Under the pieces are notes generated by a model, which worked only from the letters and a program-made list of their open reading frames with translations, ran no database searches and was not told the DNA's origin. DNA of 64,000 nucleotides from Eledone cirrhosa (taxonomy: Eukaryota), in assembly GCA_964016885.1 (NCBI GenBank), contig OZ024754.1, forward strand, positions 12,648,001-12,712,000, read 5' to 3'. Of the stretch, positions 26,492-39,200 are shown piece after piece. Every line of letters starts with the position of its first letter. The stretch's first letter is position 1. Both the position numbers and the translations under genes were made by a program.

Positions 26492-26961
26492 ATATATATG
26501 GATGTATATATAATGTATTTTGCAATACACTTTATGCTTAATTAAAAGCATTTTGAAGTCCGTAAGCTATTGTTTTAAAGTAGTGACAAATTCACTCACT
26601 TTGATCTCAGCAAACAGGGGAGATAAGCCGACAAGACTTGTTTCGCTTTGGTTGAAGCTTATCAAGGCCAACTACCCCACCTGTCTGCTGAGATCATTGA
26701 TGTTATATTCTTATAGAAATTTAGTAAATAATCAGGAGCTGATTATGCAGAGCGGTTGTTGGTCAATGATCTCAGCAGACAGGTGGGGTAGTTGGCCTTG
26801 ATAAGCTTCAACCAAAGCGAAACAAGTCTTGTCGGCTTATCCCCCCTGTTTGCTGAGATCAAAGTGAGTGAATTTGTCACTACTTTAAAACAATAGCTTA
26901 CGGACTTCAAAATGCTTTTAATTAAGCATAAAGTGTATTGCAAAATACATTATATATACAT

Positions 26962-26971
<10 letters not shown>
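26492..26971. ncRNA. Inverted repeat (about 209-bp arms, 62-bp spacer); each arm carries a U3:A8 variant hammerhead (-26626-26669, +26794-26837)
   Basis: ggcc TTGATAA gctt caacca aagc GAAA caag t cttg TC ggct; stem I extends as gatctcagcagacagg/cctgtttgctgagatc. Confidence 0.8.
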
Positions 26972-27012
<41 letters not shown>

Positions 27013-27062
27013 AAGATTGAAGAGTAACATGGTTGGCTGTACAACAAGGGGCTTTATTTCAG

Positions 27063-27173
27063 GTATTGACAATTGTTTCATTGATCAGGTGAGTCTAGAG
27101 GTCGCTAATCGCTCGAAGTTGCGTCACTCGATCTCCATTACATTATTTACCTCTGACCAACTCCTCAGAATAC
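27063..27173 (-). ncRNA. Type I hammerhead motif with a long stem II insertion
   Basis: Minus: gtatt CTGAGGA gttggtcag [64 nt] ctgatcaat GAAA caattg TC aatac then AATAAA. Confidence 0.82.
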
Positions 27174-27387
27174 AAAAACAATTCACACAAGGCAAGATAT
27201 ATATAGAGAAATAGCGTATAATCAAAACAATAACATCAATAATAAAATATATATGATAAATAGGACGAGAAGTTACAGATATAAAAAGTAAAAAGTAAAA
27301 GATAAGAAAAAGATACAGTAAAAAAGTAAGAAAATTAGATTAATATGCCCATCGAAGTCGGATATAGGTAGAATTAGTAAGTATATA

Positions 27388-28077
27388 CTAGATAGAGTAA
27401 TCGCACAAATCAAGGACAAACTACATACACTTGACCATGGTTTTCCCAGATGAAAGCCAGCCACATTTAGGGTTTGACCCTGAGCTTTGTTGATGGTAAT
27501 CACGAAGCTTAGTCTCTCTGTTTGTCTAGTAACATTTTTTCTTCTGGAAAATCTGATCTTGCGGCCAGGCTGGAACTTTTTGGGTGGCATCTCGGCAGTA
27601 ACAATGATGATAAGCCCTCTGTGCTTTCGTGAAATAAATACATTTGGTTATATTTTGTTTTTGTGTATGCGAAAATATCTGTACACGAATATATAATTAT
27701 ATATATATTAAAATAACAGATAAAGTTTAAGCAAAGAATCGCTGCTTTCACCCTTAACGGGATCTCTGAAACAAAAAAAATCAATCTGTGAAAGCAGAAG
27801 TAAATATTTCGAAAAATGTTGCAACCGAAAGAAAACAGGAAGATGATATTTTGGTTCGTGAAGACATTAGGAATGTCGTATAACCGGAAGTTTGAAAATT
27901 TTAAAGTGAATATTTAAATAATGTCTTTAATCTTTTAACAAAATTCAGTAGACAAAAATACCCTCAATTTCTTACTTGGAAAAAGTTACATCTATGGTGC
28001 AAATTTGATGCCGTTTGGTCTAACCGGTTGGCAGAAAGTTTGTTACCTACATACAGCCATCAGCTTTGTAGTATAGA
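27388..28077 (-). mobile_element. Non-autonomous Helitron with a Pif1-like helicase remnant
   Basis: 5' A|TCTATACTAC start; RLSFVITINKAQGQTLNVAG then frameshifted HGQVYV; candidate CTAG|T 3' end at 27388, no clear terminal hairpin. Confidence 0.72.
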
Positions 28078-28157
28078 TATATATATATATATTATATATA
28101 TATATATTTGATATATTATATATATTATATATATATTATATTATATATATATATATA

Positions 28158-28306
28158 TATACAATGATATTAAATAAATGGAAAACTAAATTTATAAAGC
28201 CATATTTATTCTATTATATATATTTCAAGGGTACCAAAATATATATAATAGAATAAATATGGTTTTATAAATTTAGTTTTCCATTTATATTTAATATCAC
28301 TGTATA
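28158..28306. repeat. Palindrome from the 13.5/26.1-kb hammerhead family, folded back inside the ribozyme
   Basis: Arms match aaatggaaac...ccatatttatt; centre tttcaagggtaccaaaat retains only the GAAA/stem III half. Confidence 0.8.
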
Positions 28307-28434
28307 TTATACTCCAGAAAACTTGAGTGCTCTGAATCAGTTATAAACATTTATATTTGTTGAATTGCCAACAAATTGAATATCCCTTCTGCATATATAT
28401 ATATATTATATATATTATATATATATATTATATA

Positions 28435-28828
28435 TCATCATCATCATCATTTCATTTTACGTCCGCTTGTCCCTGCTTGCAAGGGTGGAGTGGGAACTAA
28501 TTCTGGTTTTATTTCTACAGCTGGATGCCCTTCCTAACACCAACCTCCTTTACAGTGAGTGGCGGGTGCTTTTTTCCGTGGTGCCTACACGTCCACTTTT
28601 ACAGTTTGGGCTGGGTGCTTTTTTGCCGTGGCACCTCCACGACCACTTTGCAGTGGAATGATAGGGACCCCAATCCTATCATCTCATTTCTACAGCTGAG
28701 TAAACTGGAGCAATGTGAAATAAAGTGTCTTGCTCAAGGAAACAACACATCCTCCGGTCTGAGAATTGAACTCGCAACCTTTTGATTGCAAGGCCAATGC
28801 TCTAACCACTAAGCCATGCGCCTTCACA
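28435..28828 (-). mobile_element. SINE group A
   Basis: Group A consensus with the longer body. Confidence 0.87.
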
Positions 28829-29084
28829 TATATTTATATAATATATATATAATATACGTACATATATTGTAGGTGTGCATGTGATGTGTCAAGAAGCTTT
28901 CAGATGAACAAACTGTAAGAGTTAATTAGAGAGAAATGAGAAAAATGTTTGTTGCCATTTAGACAGATGCCGGATGCCATTTATATTTTAGTCATATATT
29001 AATGGATTCTTTTTCTTTCATAACATATATACACTTTCAGTCTGACATGAAAATATATTTGTCTGTTCCTCTCACTTTTTCTCA

Positions 29085-29086
29085 TA

Positions 29087-29157
<71 letters not shown>

Positions 29158-29223
29158 TACACACATGCACACATCTATATGTATATATATGTATGTATAC
29201 ATATATACATGTATATATATATA

Positions 29224-29281
<58 letters not shown>

Positions 29282-29410
29282 TGTGTGTGTATGTATGTAT
29301 TTATATATATATATCAATATCTTTGTCTCTGTGATTTTTCCACAATCTCTGATCTATATATATTCATGCAAGTGTGGAAAATGTATGATGATGGATATAT
29401 ATGTATATAA

Positions 29411-29485
<75 letters not shown>

Positions 29486-29494
29486 AATATAGAC

Positions 29495-29525
<31 letters not shown>

Positions 29526-30122
29526 AATATAGATATATATATATATAGCATTCAACATCTGTTTTTCCATGCCAGAATGGGTTCAAAATGTTATCCCACA
29601 CACACAAACCCACACGCGTGTGTGAGTGTGAATGTGTGTGTGTGTTTGTGAGTGTGTGTGTGTGTGTGTGAATGTGTTTGTGTGTGTTTGTGAATGTGTT
29701 TGTGTGTGAATGTGTTTGTGTATGTGAATGTGTGTGTGTTTGAATGTATGTGTGTGTTTGTGAATGTGTTTGTGTGTGAATGTGTTTGTGTATGTGAATG
29801 TGTGTGTGTTTGAATGTATGTGTGTGTTTGTGAATGTGTTTGTGTGTGAATGTGTTTGTGTATGTGAATGTGTGTGTGTTTGAATGTATGTGTGTGTTTG
29901 TGAATGTGTTTGTGTGTGAATGTGTTTGTGTATGTGAATGTGTGTGTGTTTGAATGTATGTGTGTGTTTGTGTGTGTTTGTGTGTGAATGTGTTTGTGCA
30001 TGTGAATGTGTGTGAATGTATGTGTGTGTGTGTGTGTGTGTGAATGTGTGTGAATGTGTGTGTGTGTGTGTGAATGTATGTGTGTGTGAATGTATGTGTG
30101 TGTGTGTGAATGTGTGTGTTTG
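29085..30122. repeat. (TA)n and TG-rich minisatellite arrays
   Basis: Seen directly. Confidence 0.9.
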
Positions 30123-30370
30123 TGCTGATTTTTTCACATTGCATTTGTGATATTTGTTTACATTCTGATTAAACTGAGTTCTTGCGCCTCAACAGTTTGA
30201 TGTACAAAGAAGCATAGCTTACTTAAAAGAGCACAAGTTAGGATTGATGTTGGGAAGGGAATTTAACAACAAAACTCTATCTCACCCCATATCTTGTCAA
30301 ACTCATGCCAGCATGGAAAAAAAGGACTTGATGTAGGTGATGATAATCATGATTATTATTTCACAGGTTA

Positions 30371-30558
30371 GAAGGCAGTCGATTAGCAGTATTGGTAGAG
30401 GGCCTGACGCCATGCTTTGATGCATAGAGTTATGGCCGTTGCCATTCTGAGTTCAAATCCTGCCGAGGTTAACTTTGCCTTTCATCTATATGGGGTCAAT
30501 AAAATAAAGTACCAGTAATGTACTAGGTATTGCTGGCCTTGTGCCAAACGTAGAAACA
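30371..30558 (+). mobile_element. SINE group B with target-site duplication attatttcacaggtta
   Basis: TSD at 30355-30370 and 30559-30574. Confidence 0.85.
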
Positions 30559-30591
30559 ATTATTTCACAGGTTAAAGATATGATGTTCTCC

Positions 30592-31065
30592 AGAGCAAGA
30601 CTTTCACCTGCTGAGGCCCTTAGCTATATGAAATTTTAGGCCCTTCTCAAAAAGATTTGGGTAAAAAGTTAAAAATAATTATACAGGATTATCATTTTTT
30701 GTATTAATGATAAAGAATAAATTTTTTTTTTTTTTTGATGATTTAGTGTTTTAAAGAATAAAAACTAATGACAAAATAAAAAAAAATATATTTTCAAAAT
30801 ATTATGCCACCAAAGGTTGTATGGCCCTATCATCATCATCATCATTTAAAGTCCATCTTCCACACTAGCATGGGCTGCACGTTTTTGTCCCACTCGAGGC
30901 GAGATTGGTCGGGAGACCATGTCTTGCTTGTACAGAACCGTCTCTGGCAGGTTTTCTATAGCGGAATGCCCTTCTGAAAACCAACCAAATTTACAGTGTG
31001 GACTGGGTGCCTTTTTACCATTTCTCCTTCATGAAAACTTTAGCTTATAGGTAAGTCCAAGATTG
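30592..31065. mobile_element. Degenerate MITE, possibly hAT-like; related copies 49789-50623 and 52253-52860
   Basis: Shared cctgctgaggccc..agctatatgaaattt left end in all three and ttagctt(a/t)taggtaag right end in two. Confidence 0.55.
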
Positions 31066-31364
31066 AGGCTCAAACTTGCCTTCCCATCATATCGGCTATG
31101 GCAAATACAATCATCAGTGTGGATATACTTTCCAAAGCCAACTGGTTAAAAGGGGAAAATCTGTAAGAGAATTTCGAATATTTTTTTCTTTGTCTTTTTT
31201 GTCACTTTCTCCATGTTCCTGCACAAGTTTGTATCTAAGTAGTAAAATCTTTCATTGCCGACACTTTTGGTTTCTGCAAATGACAGAAGAATATAAGTAA
31301 GTTCACTACTGTGTTAAGGTCACATGTCATAAACACCAATCTATAACTGTAAGAGGTATTTACT

Positions 31365-31376
31365 GTGTGTGTATGC

Positions 31377-31429
<53 letters not shown>

Positions 31430-31481
31430 TATATATATATATATGTATGTATTTATATATGTATATATATATGTATGTATA

Positions 31482-31533
<52 letters not shown>

Positions 31534-31616
31534 TATATATATATATATGTATGTATTTATATATATATATATGTATATATTTGTATATATGTATGTGTTT
31601 GTGTATATATATGTAT

Positions 31617-31681
<65 letters not shown>

Positions 31682-31733
31682 TATAAATACATATATATAT
31701 ACATATATAAATACATACATATATATATATATA

Positions 31734-31815
<82 letters not shown>

Positions 31816-31856
31816 CATATATATATATATATATACACACACATATATATATATAT

Positions 31857-31901
<45 letters not shown>

Positions 31902-31950
31902 CACATATATATACACACATATATATATATTTACACATATATATACACAC

Positions 31951-31983
<33 letters not shown>

Positions 31984-32225
31984 CATACACATATATATAT
32001 ATACATATATATACATACATATATATATACATATATATATATACATACATATATATATATACATGTATATATATATACATATATATATATACATACATAT
32101 ATATATATACATGTATATATATATACATATATATACTGTATATACATGTATATATACATGTATATGTATATATATATATATATACACAAATATATATACA
32201 TACATACATATATATACATACATAC

Positions 32226-32266
<41 letters not shown>

Positions 32267-32335
32267 CATATGTGTATATATATATATACAGATATATATA
32301 TATGCATATATACACACACACATTATATATATATA
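31365..32335. repeat. (TA)n/(TACA)n array
   Basis: Seen directly. Confidence 0.95.
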
Positions 32336-32511
32336 AAGAGAAAGAGTATGATTTCTGTATGTTGTAAGAGGTAGTAAAAGGGGTGAGTGCAAGAGAGAAC
32401 ATTCAGCCATAAAAGTTAATTGCCTCAAAAAGTCTTGTCCAACTCAGGCCAGCATAGAAACATGGACATAAAATCTATGATGGTGTGTATGTATGTATAT
32501 GTATGTATGTG

Positions 32512-33170
32512 TCATCATCATCATCATCATCATCAGGTTTAGCGTCCGTGTTCCACGCTTGCATGGGTTTGGACGGGGGTTTTCCCACTTGAGGCAAGAG
32601 TGATTGTCTTGCTCGCATAGGACTGTCTGGCAGGTTTTCTACGGTTGGATGCCCTTCCTAACACCAACCACATTTACAGTGTGGGGCTGGGAGGTTTTTA
32701 CCGTGTTGCCTACACGGCCACATTACAGCGTGGACTGTCTGGCGGGTTTTCTACAGCTGGATGCCCTTCCTAACACCAACCACATTTACAGTGTGGGGCT
32801 GGGAGGTTTTTACCGTGTTGCCTACACGGCCACATTTACAGCGTGGACTGTGTGTTTTTTGTCGTGACACCTACACGATCTCATTTGTTTCGGCCTGGAT
32901 GTTGTGGGACCAACATAACTTTACATTGAAAGGGGCGGTGTGGGTGGGGTGGAGGTGGTGGGACGGGGGTGTGTTTTGATAGAGAAGCCTACTGACTGTA
33001 GTAGGTTTTTACTTTGTATTTAGGTAAGGCGGGTCTTCTCTATTACTGAGTACCGCCAAAGGTCTCGGTCCAGTGACATTGTCTTGGAGAGGTGTAAGCG
33101 TGTGAGGTCGGAATTTATCAGCTCGTCCCATGTTTTTCTGGGTCTGCCTACTCCGTGGCTACCGTCTACT
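32512..33170 (-). mobile_element. RTE LINE 3' fragment with a ~112-bp tandem duplication in the 3' UTR
   Basis: Homologous to 13927-14552; ggactgt recurs at 32620, 32732, 32845. Confidence 0.88.
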
Positions 33171-33171
33171 G

Positions 33172-33236
<65 letters not shown>

Positions 33237-33302
33237 AAATAAAATAAAATAAAATAAAATAAAATAAATAAGTCAAATGTTTAAAATTTGGCTTCGTTTA
33301 TT

Positions 33303-33357
33303 ACTGCTATATATATTTCGGTGACAGCCATCTTTGGCTGTGATCTCTTCAGGCAGT
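33303..33357 (-). ncRNA. Type I hammerhead motif, identical to 14736-14790
   Basis: Reverse complement of actgcCTGAAGA...GAAAtatataTAgcagt. Confidence 0.9.
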
Positions 33358-33580
33358 CCGAATTAGTGTGGTAGAGACGAGTACACATGTTGTTGAGGTG
33401 TATAACTTTGTCAATACTCTTATATGCCCAGTTCCTGGTTGGGTTGTTATTTCACTGAGGAACTGAAACCATATGATTCTCAGTACCTCTGAAATATGTA
33501 TAATAAATTATACTTGATCACACGAATGTCTATATTTGTTAATATTTTGAATTAATATATATATTATATATATATATATA

Positions 33581-34022
33581 TCATCATCATCATCAGCGTT
33601 TTACGTCCGTTCTTCCACGCTAGCATGGGTTAGACGGGTTGTCCTCTTGTGGGCAGTGTCCGGTCGGCTGACCTTGTTTTGCTCATACGGGAACTGATTC
33701 TGGCTTGATTTCTACGGCTGGATGCACTTCCTAACGCCAACCTCATTTACAGTGAGTGCTGGGTGCTTTTTTTTCCGTGGCGCCTACACGTCCACTTTAC
33801 AGCGTGGGCTGGGTGCTTTTATGCTGTGGCACCTCCACGACCACTTTGCAGTGGAATGATAGGGACCCCAGTCATATCATCTCATTTCCACAGCTGAGTA
33901 AACTGGAGCAATGTCAAAATAAAGTGTCTTGCTCAAGGAAACAACACATCATCCACTCTGAGAATTGAACTCACAACCTTTCGATTGCAAGGCCAATGCT
34001 CCAACCACTAAGCCATGTGCCT
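33581..34022 (-). mobile_element. SINE group A carrying the tail of the RTE at 7741-8088
   Basis: Group A head/body; tail gagcaa..caaggtcagccgacc...gaacggacgtaaaac. Confidence 0.85.
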
Positions 34023-34552
34023 GTGTGCCTTTGTTTCTGTCTACTATTATCTATTCTGGACAAGACAGATTGCAATCATGATTTGTATATTCTGGTTTGC
34101 TAGTTCATTTCTATATTATTCATATTTAGTGTTTTTATTGCTGCAACTCTTCTTAGTAATGTTTACTTATTTCATAGCTGTACTGTAAGATCTTTTTATT
34201 TATTATCCTGTACCTGATTGTCTTCTCTTGTAAAACTGCATTTTTAATCTTTTTTCTGGAAGATATTAATCTAATCTAGTGTATCAACAGATTAATGAAG
34301 GCAGCTTAGATTTAGTTGCCTACATCTAAAAATTGTTTGATCAAGGGAGATAAGAAAGAAGCTTATATAGAGAAGCATCGTATCTGTAGCTCTCTACTCT
34401 TATTCGTTTATAATATTTCTTTCTTTTGCATGTTTCTAATAATTTTATTCAAAGATACTATTGATGTATTTCCAAGTATGATTAGAAAAACAACCTGTAT
34501 TGACTTACATCCCAGTTGTTTCTTAATGCAGTTTAGGCAAATGTAGAAAACA

Positions 34553-35430
34553 ATAATTGTTTCTACTTTCTGGCTCAAGGCCAGCAATTACCCAGTTCAT
34601 TACTGGTACTTTATTTTATCGACCTCGTATGGATGAAAGGCAAAGTTAACCTCGGCTGGATTTGAATTCAGACCGTAAAGGGGCAAAACTCTATGCTGCA
34701 AAGCATGGTGTCTGACACTCTACCGATACTGCCAACCCACCAAATGTAGCAAATAATAATAATAATTGTTTCTACTTTTGGCACAAGGCCAGCTATTAAC
34801 CCAGTGCATTACTGGTACTTTATTTTATCGACCCCGTAAGGATGAAAGGCAAAGTTAACCTAGGCAGGATTTGAACTCAGACTGTAAAGGGACGTAACTA
34901 TGCTAGAAAGTACTCGGCGGGATTTGAACTCAGATCATAAAGGGAGGTAACTCTATGCTTCAAAGCATGGCACCCGACCCTCTACCGATACTGCCATAAT
35001 AAGTGTTTCTACTTTAGGCACAAGGCCAGCAATTACCCAGTGCATTACTGGTACTTTATTTTATCGACCACGTAAGGATGAAAGGCAAAGTCAACCTCGG
35101 CGGGATTTGAACTCAGATCGTAAAGGGACGTAACTATGCTGGGAAGCATAGCGCCAGACCCTCTACCGATACTGCCAATTCACCGCCATAATAATAATGA
35201 TTTCTTTATTGGCCACAAGAGCTGACATCAAGAAAAACATTACAGATGGCACAGGACAGTACAGGACGGTACAATGTGGGTTTTGTGCGTAATAATAATA
35301 ATTGTTTCTACTTTAGGCACAAGGCCAGCAAATTATCCAGTACATTACTGGTACTTTATTTTATCGACCCCGTAAGGATGAAAGGCAAAGCTAACTTTGG
35401 CGGGATTTGAACTCAGATCGTAAAGTTTGT
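34553..35430 (-). mobile_element. Cluster of four or more SINE group B copies in (TAA)n
   Basis: Repeated consensus separated by aataat. Confidence 0.88.
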
Positions 35431-36077
35431 GCATAATAATAATAATAATTTTTAAATATTTCCCCAATACAATTTTTTTTTTTTACATTCTGGTCGATTG
35501 TGGCTAAATTTCAGATTTTGAAAGGAAAATGGACAGTTGAAAGATCACTTCTCTCTCCCACCACCACATTCACAACCACTTCCTCACACATTCACACCAG
35601 TAAATCCCCAATCTATTTTTAGACTACTGTCACTGACTGCTACCTACCTTCCTTCTCAGTGTCTAATGTGTGTGGGTATATATATATATGTGTGTATATA
35701 CATACGTGTTTGTGTGTGTGTGTATAAGTATGCACGTGTGAATGTATATTTATGTATGTGTATGGAGCCCACATAAAGGACAAAAACAAAGGGGAAGAAA
35801 ATAAGAATACCAGCACCCTGTTTACACCTCAAACTCAAAATAGACAGAAAATCACAACTGAGAAGCGACTCCTATAAGCTACAATGTCACCCTACCCACT
35901 ACCACTCCCAGCACCCCCACCCCCAGCATTAATCTCCCTGCCACCACCACCACCAACACCACTCACACCACAAGAACAGTTGAGAAAATTCTGGTACACC
36001 TCTTACAGCTGCAACCATAACAATATCACCTCAATCAACAACAGCAATGACCATAACTATACAGTTATAATAGTAAT

Positions 36078-36262
36078 AATTGTTTTCTATTTTAGGCACA
36101 AGGCCAGCAATAACCCAGTACATTACTGGTACTTTATTTTATCGACCCCGTAAAGATGAAAGGCAAAGTTAACCTCGGCGGGATTTGAACTCAGATCATA
36201 AAGGGACGTAACTCTATGCTTCAAAGCATGGTGTCCGACTCTCTACCGATACTGCCAATCCA
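36078..36262 (-). mobile_element. SINE group B
   Basis: Group B consensus. Confidence 0.85.
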
Positions 36263-39200
36263 CTGATCTGAGTGCCAGCCAGCAAATGCACTACCCAAAG
36301 AGCCGGGCAACTTTCCATGTACGTCCAATACCATGCGTAACGCAAGCATGTACTGCGAGATGAACAAATAAAAATTAATACCCAATACCAAATCACTTTT
36401 CCTATGGTTAATCAGGAAGCGCGTCCCTCAGGAAGGTGCCAACCTGAGATCGAAAAGTCCTCCTCTGGCACAAACTCTTCTCCAATTATGGACCTGGATG
36501 GTCACTTGATTGGGGATTGCCCCAACTCAAGCCCTCCAGATCCAACACCCAAACCACCTCAAAAAGAAAAACCTAAAAGGATGAAATGGACCCGAGAAGA
36601 GTATAAAGAAGTAATATATGCATATTACTATGCATTAGGTAAGCCATCACAAGACAGACACACTTTAAACTCCTTCAAAATCTGGAAAACTCGGAATCAA
36701 GCTAGCAGACGTGATATGGATGGAAATAAGTTGGCAAATGTAAGGAGGTATATCTTCAGAAATAATAGACTCACAGACACTGAACTGACTGCTATCAAGC
36801 AGGCTGTGGAGAATCACATAAATATAAATGATGAAAGAACTGAAGAATCTCCTGGAGATAGTAACCAGTCACAAGACTTTACTGAAAGACCTCCATCTGA
36901 CCAAATCACAAATAGGTTTGTAGAAATGAGAAGCTCTATTGAACCCACTGAAAATAGCCAGGAAAGGGACTTAGAAACAATAATTGAAAACCTAACATCT
37001 GCTAAAGAACACAGGGAGACTATGAAGGAATTAAAGCAAAAAATACTGGATGAGCTTGCAGTAGTAAGACATTCTAGTGTAAATGATAGAGAACCACTTC
37101 AAAAACTCCCAAATACAATACAAAATAGAAAACAAATAATTGTTTCTACTTTTGGCACAAGGCCAGCAATTACCCAGTGTATTACTGGTACTTTATTTTA
37201 TCGACCCCGTAAGGATGAAAGGCAAAGTCAACCTCGGCGGGATTTGAACTCAGAATGGCAAGGGCCGTAACTCTATGCGTCAAAGCATGGCGTCCGACCC
37301 TCTACCGATACTGCAAATAATGATTGGTAATTCTGTGACAAAAGAAATCATAGAAGAACTAGAACCTGATCTTGCTGAGTTAAATGAAATCATTTATGCA
37401 TCTGCTAGAGTAATTGAAACAAGGTGTTTACCACCAAAAAAGCAAAAAAAGTCGAACCTTCGAGGTAAACCAATTTGGAGGAGTAGAATCGAAAAGGAGA
37501 TTGACGTAATGAGAGGAGAAATATCTTTATTGAGTGAGTTAACCACTGGAAATGATATAAGATCCAAGAAGGTAAGAAAGCTAAAGAGAAAATATGGACT
37601 GTCTTCTAGAGAAGCAATAGTTTCAACAAAAGAATCTCTGAAACAAAAAGTCCAAGTAAAAGCCCAATGAATTCGTAGATTCGAGAAGCGAAACAACTTC
37701 TACAGGCAAAATAAGTTGCTCTCATCTAGGCCAAGTCATTTTATAGAGAAGTAGGGAAGAAAAAAATAATTATTGAATAATTATAGAAGTTGAAATCTTC
37801 TGGAGTAAGATTTGGAGTGATGAGAAGAGATATAATGCTAATGTAGATTGGATTAGTTGCCTGGAAAAATCTTACAGAAATTTAGAAGAACAGGCGTGGG
37901 AAGACATCTCTATAGCGGACTTAAGGACAGCACTCAATAAATCTCATAAATGGAAATCTTCTGGTAGAGACAAGGTGCCAAATTTCTGGCTTTCCTGACT
38001 CCCGTGCATTCACAATATATTGGTCAAGCTGTTTAATGGAATTATGAAAGATCCAAAAAATACACCTGACTGGATAGCAAGTGGCATTACCTACCTTCTA
38101 CCTAAGAACAACAAAACCAAAGATCCAAAAAACTATCGGCCCATAACCACCTGCTTGTCCACCAATTATAAACCATTAACCTCTATTCTCATGGAAAAAG
38201 CATATCTGTTTTTGGAGGAGAACAATCTTTTCCCCATTGAACAAAAAGGGTACCGATGAGGTTCATATGGTTGCAAAGATCAACTTTTGATTAATCGTAT
38301 GATCCTTGAGAACTGTCATAATAAACACAGAAATCTCAGTTCTGCATGGATCGATTATAAAAAAGCCTTTGACAACATACCACGCTCATGGATTCTGAAA
38401 TCATTGGAGATCTTCAAAATCTCACCTGTGATCTCAAACTTCCTGAAACAATATGTCATTATGGAACACAAATCTCCAATTGTCTCATTCCTCTGGGGTA
38501 CTGTGCTCTGGGAATATAAACATCAACTGTGGTATATTCCAGGGTGACTCACTTTCACCCTTGCTTTTCTGCATAGCTTTAATACCCCTTACATCCAAAC
38601 TTAATAGAACAGGGTACGGTTATAGAATTGACAACAAAAAAATAAGACACCTATTTTATATGGATGATTTGAAGCTATATTGCAAAGATAATGATGAACT
38701 GGAAGGCCTTTTGCGGACAGTAAAAACGGTCAGCGATGACATCAGGATGGAGTTTGGACTTGACAAGTGTGCAAAAGCCACTTTCAAGAAGGGGAAGCTT
38801 ATCAACTCAGGCTCAGTTGAATTGGATGCTGAAACAATCATAAAGGAACTTGAGCAGGAACAAACCTATAAATACTTAGGGATTAATGAGGGCTCTGGCA
38901 TACAGCATGCAAGTATGAAAGAGAGGATAAGGAAAGAATGTTACAGGAGAGTATGTGCAGTTCTGAGATCAGAACTAAACGCTTGTAACAAGGTTCTAGC
39001 AATAAATTCCTTGGCAGTCCCAATTGTCACTTATAGTTTCGATGTGTTGAACTGGAATATGAGTGAAATCAAAAGAATCGACACCAAAGTCCATAAGCTA
39101 CTGACCTGTAATAGGATGCACCACCCAAAAGCAGATGTGGATCATCTTTACTTTCCTAGATCTCAAGGAGGCCGTGGCCTGATCTAATTTGAACTTGCTT

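Noticed and set aside
31048-31058. Plus-strand splice donor AG|gtaagt
   Set aside because: It is part of the right end of the MITE, also seen at 50600-50623
36263-36530. HDV-like ribozyme at the R4 5' end
   Set aside because: Expected for this clade, and gtgcca/tggcac can pair, but I could not build P1.1, P2 and J4/2 by eye
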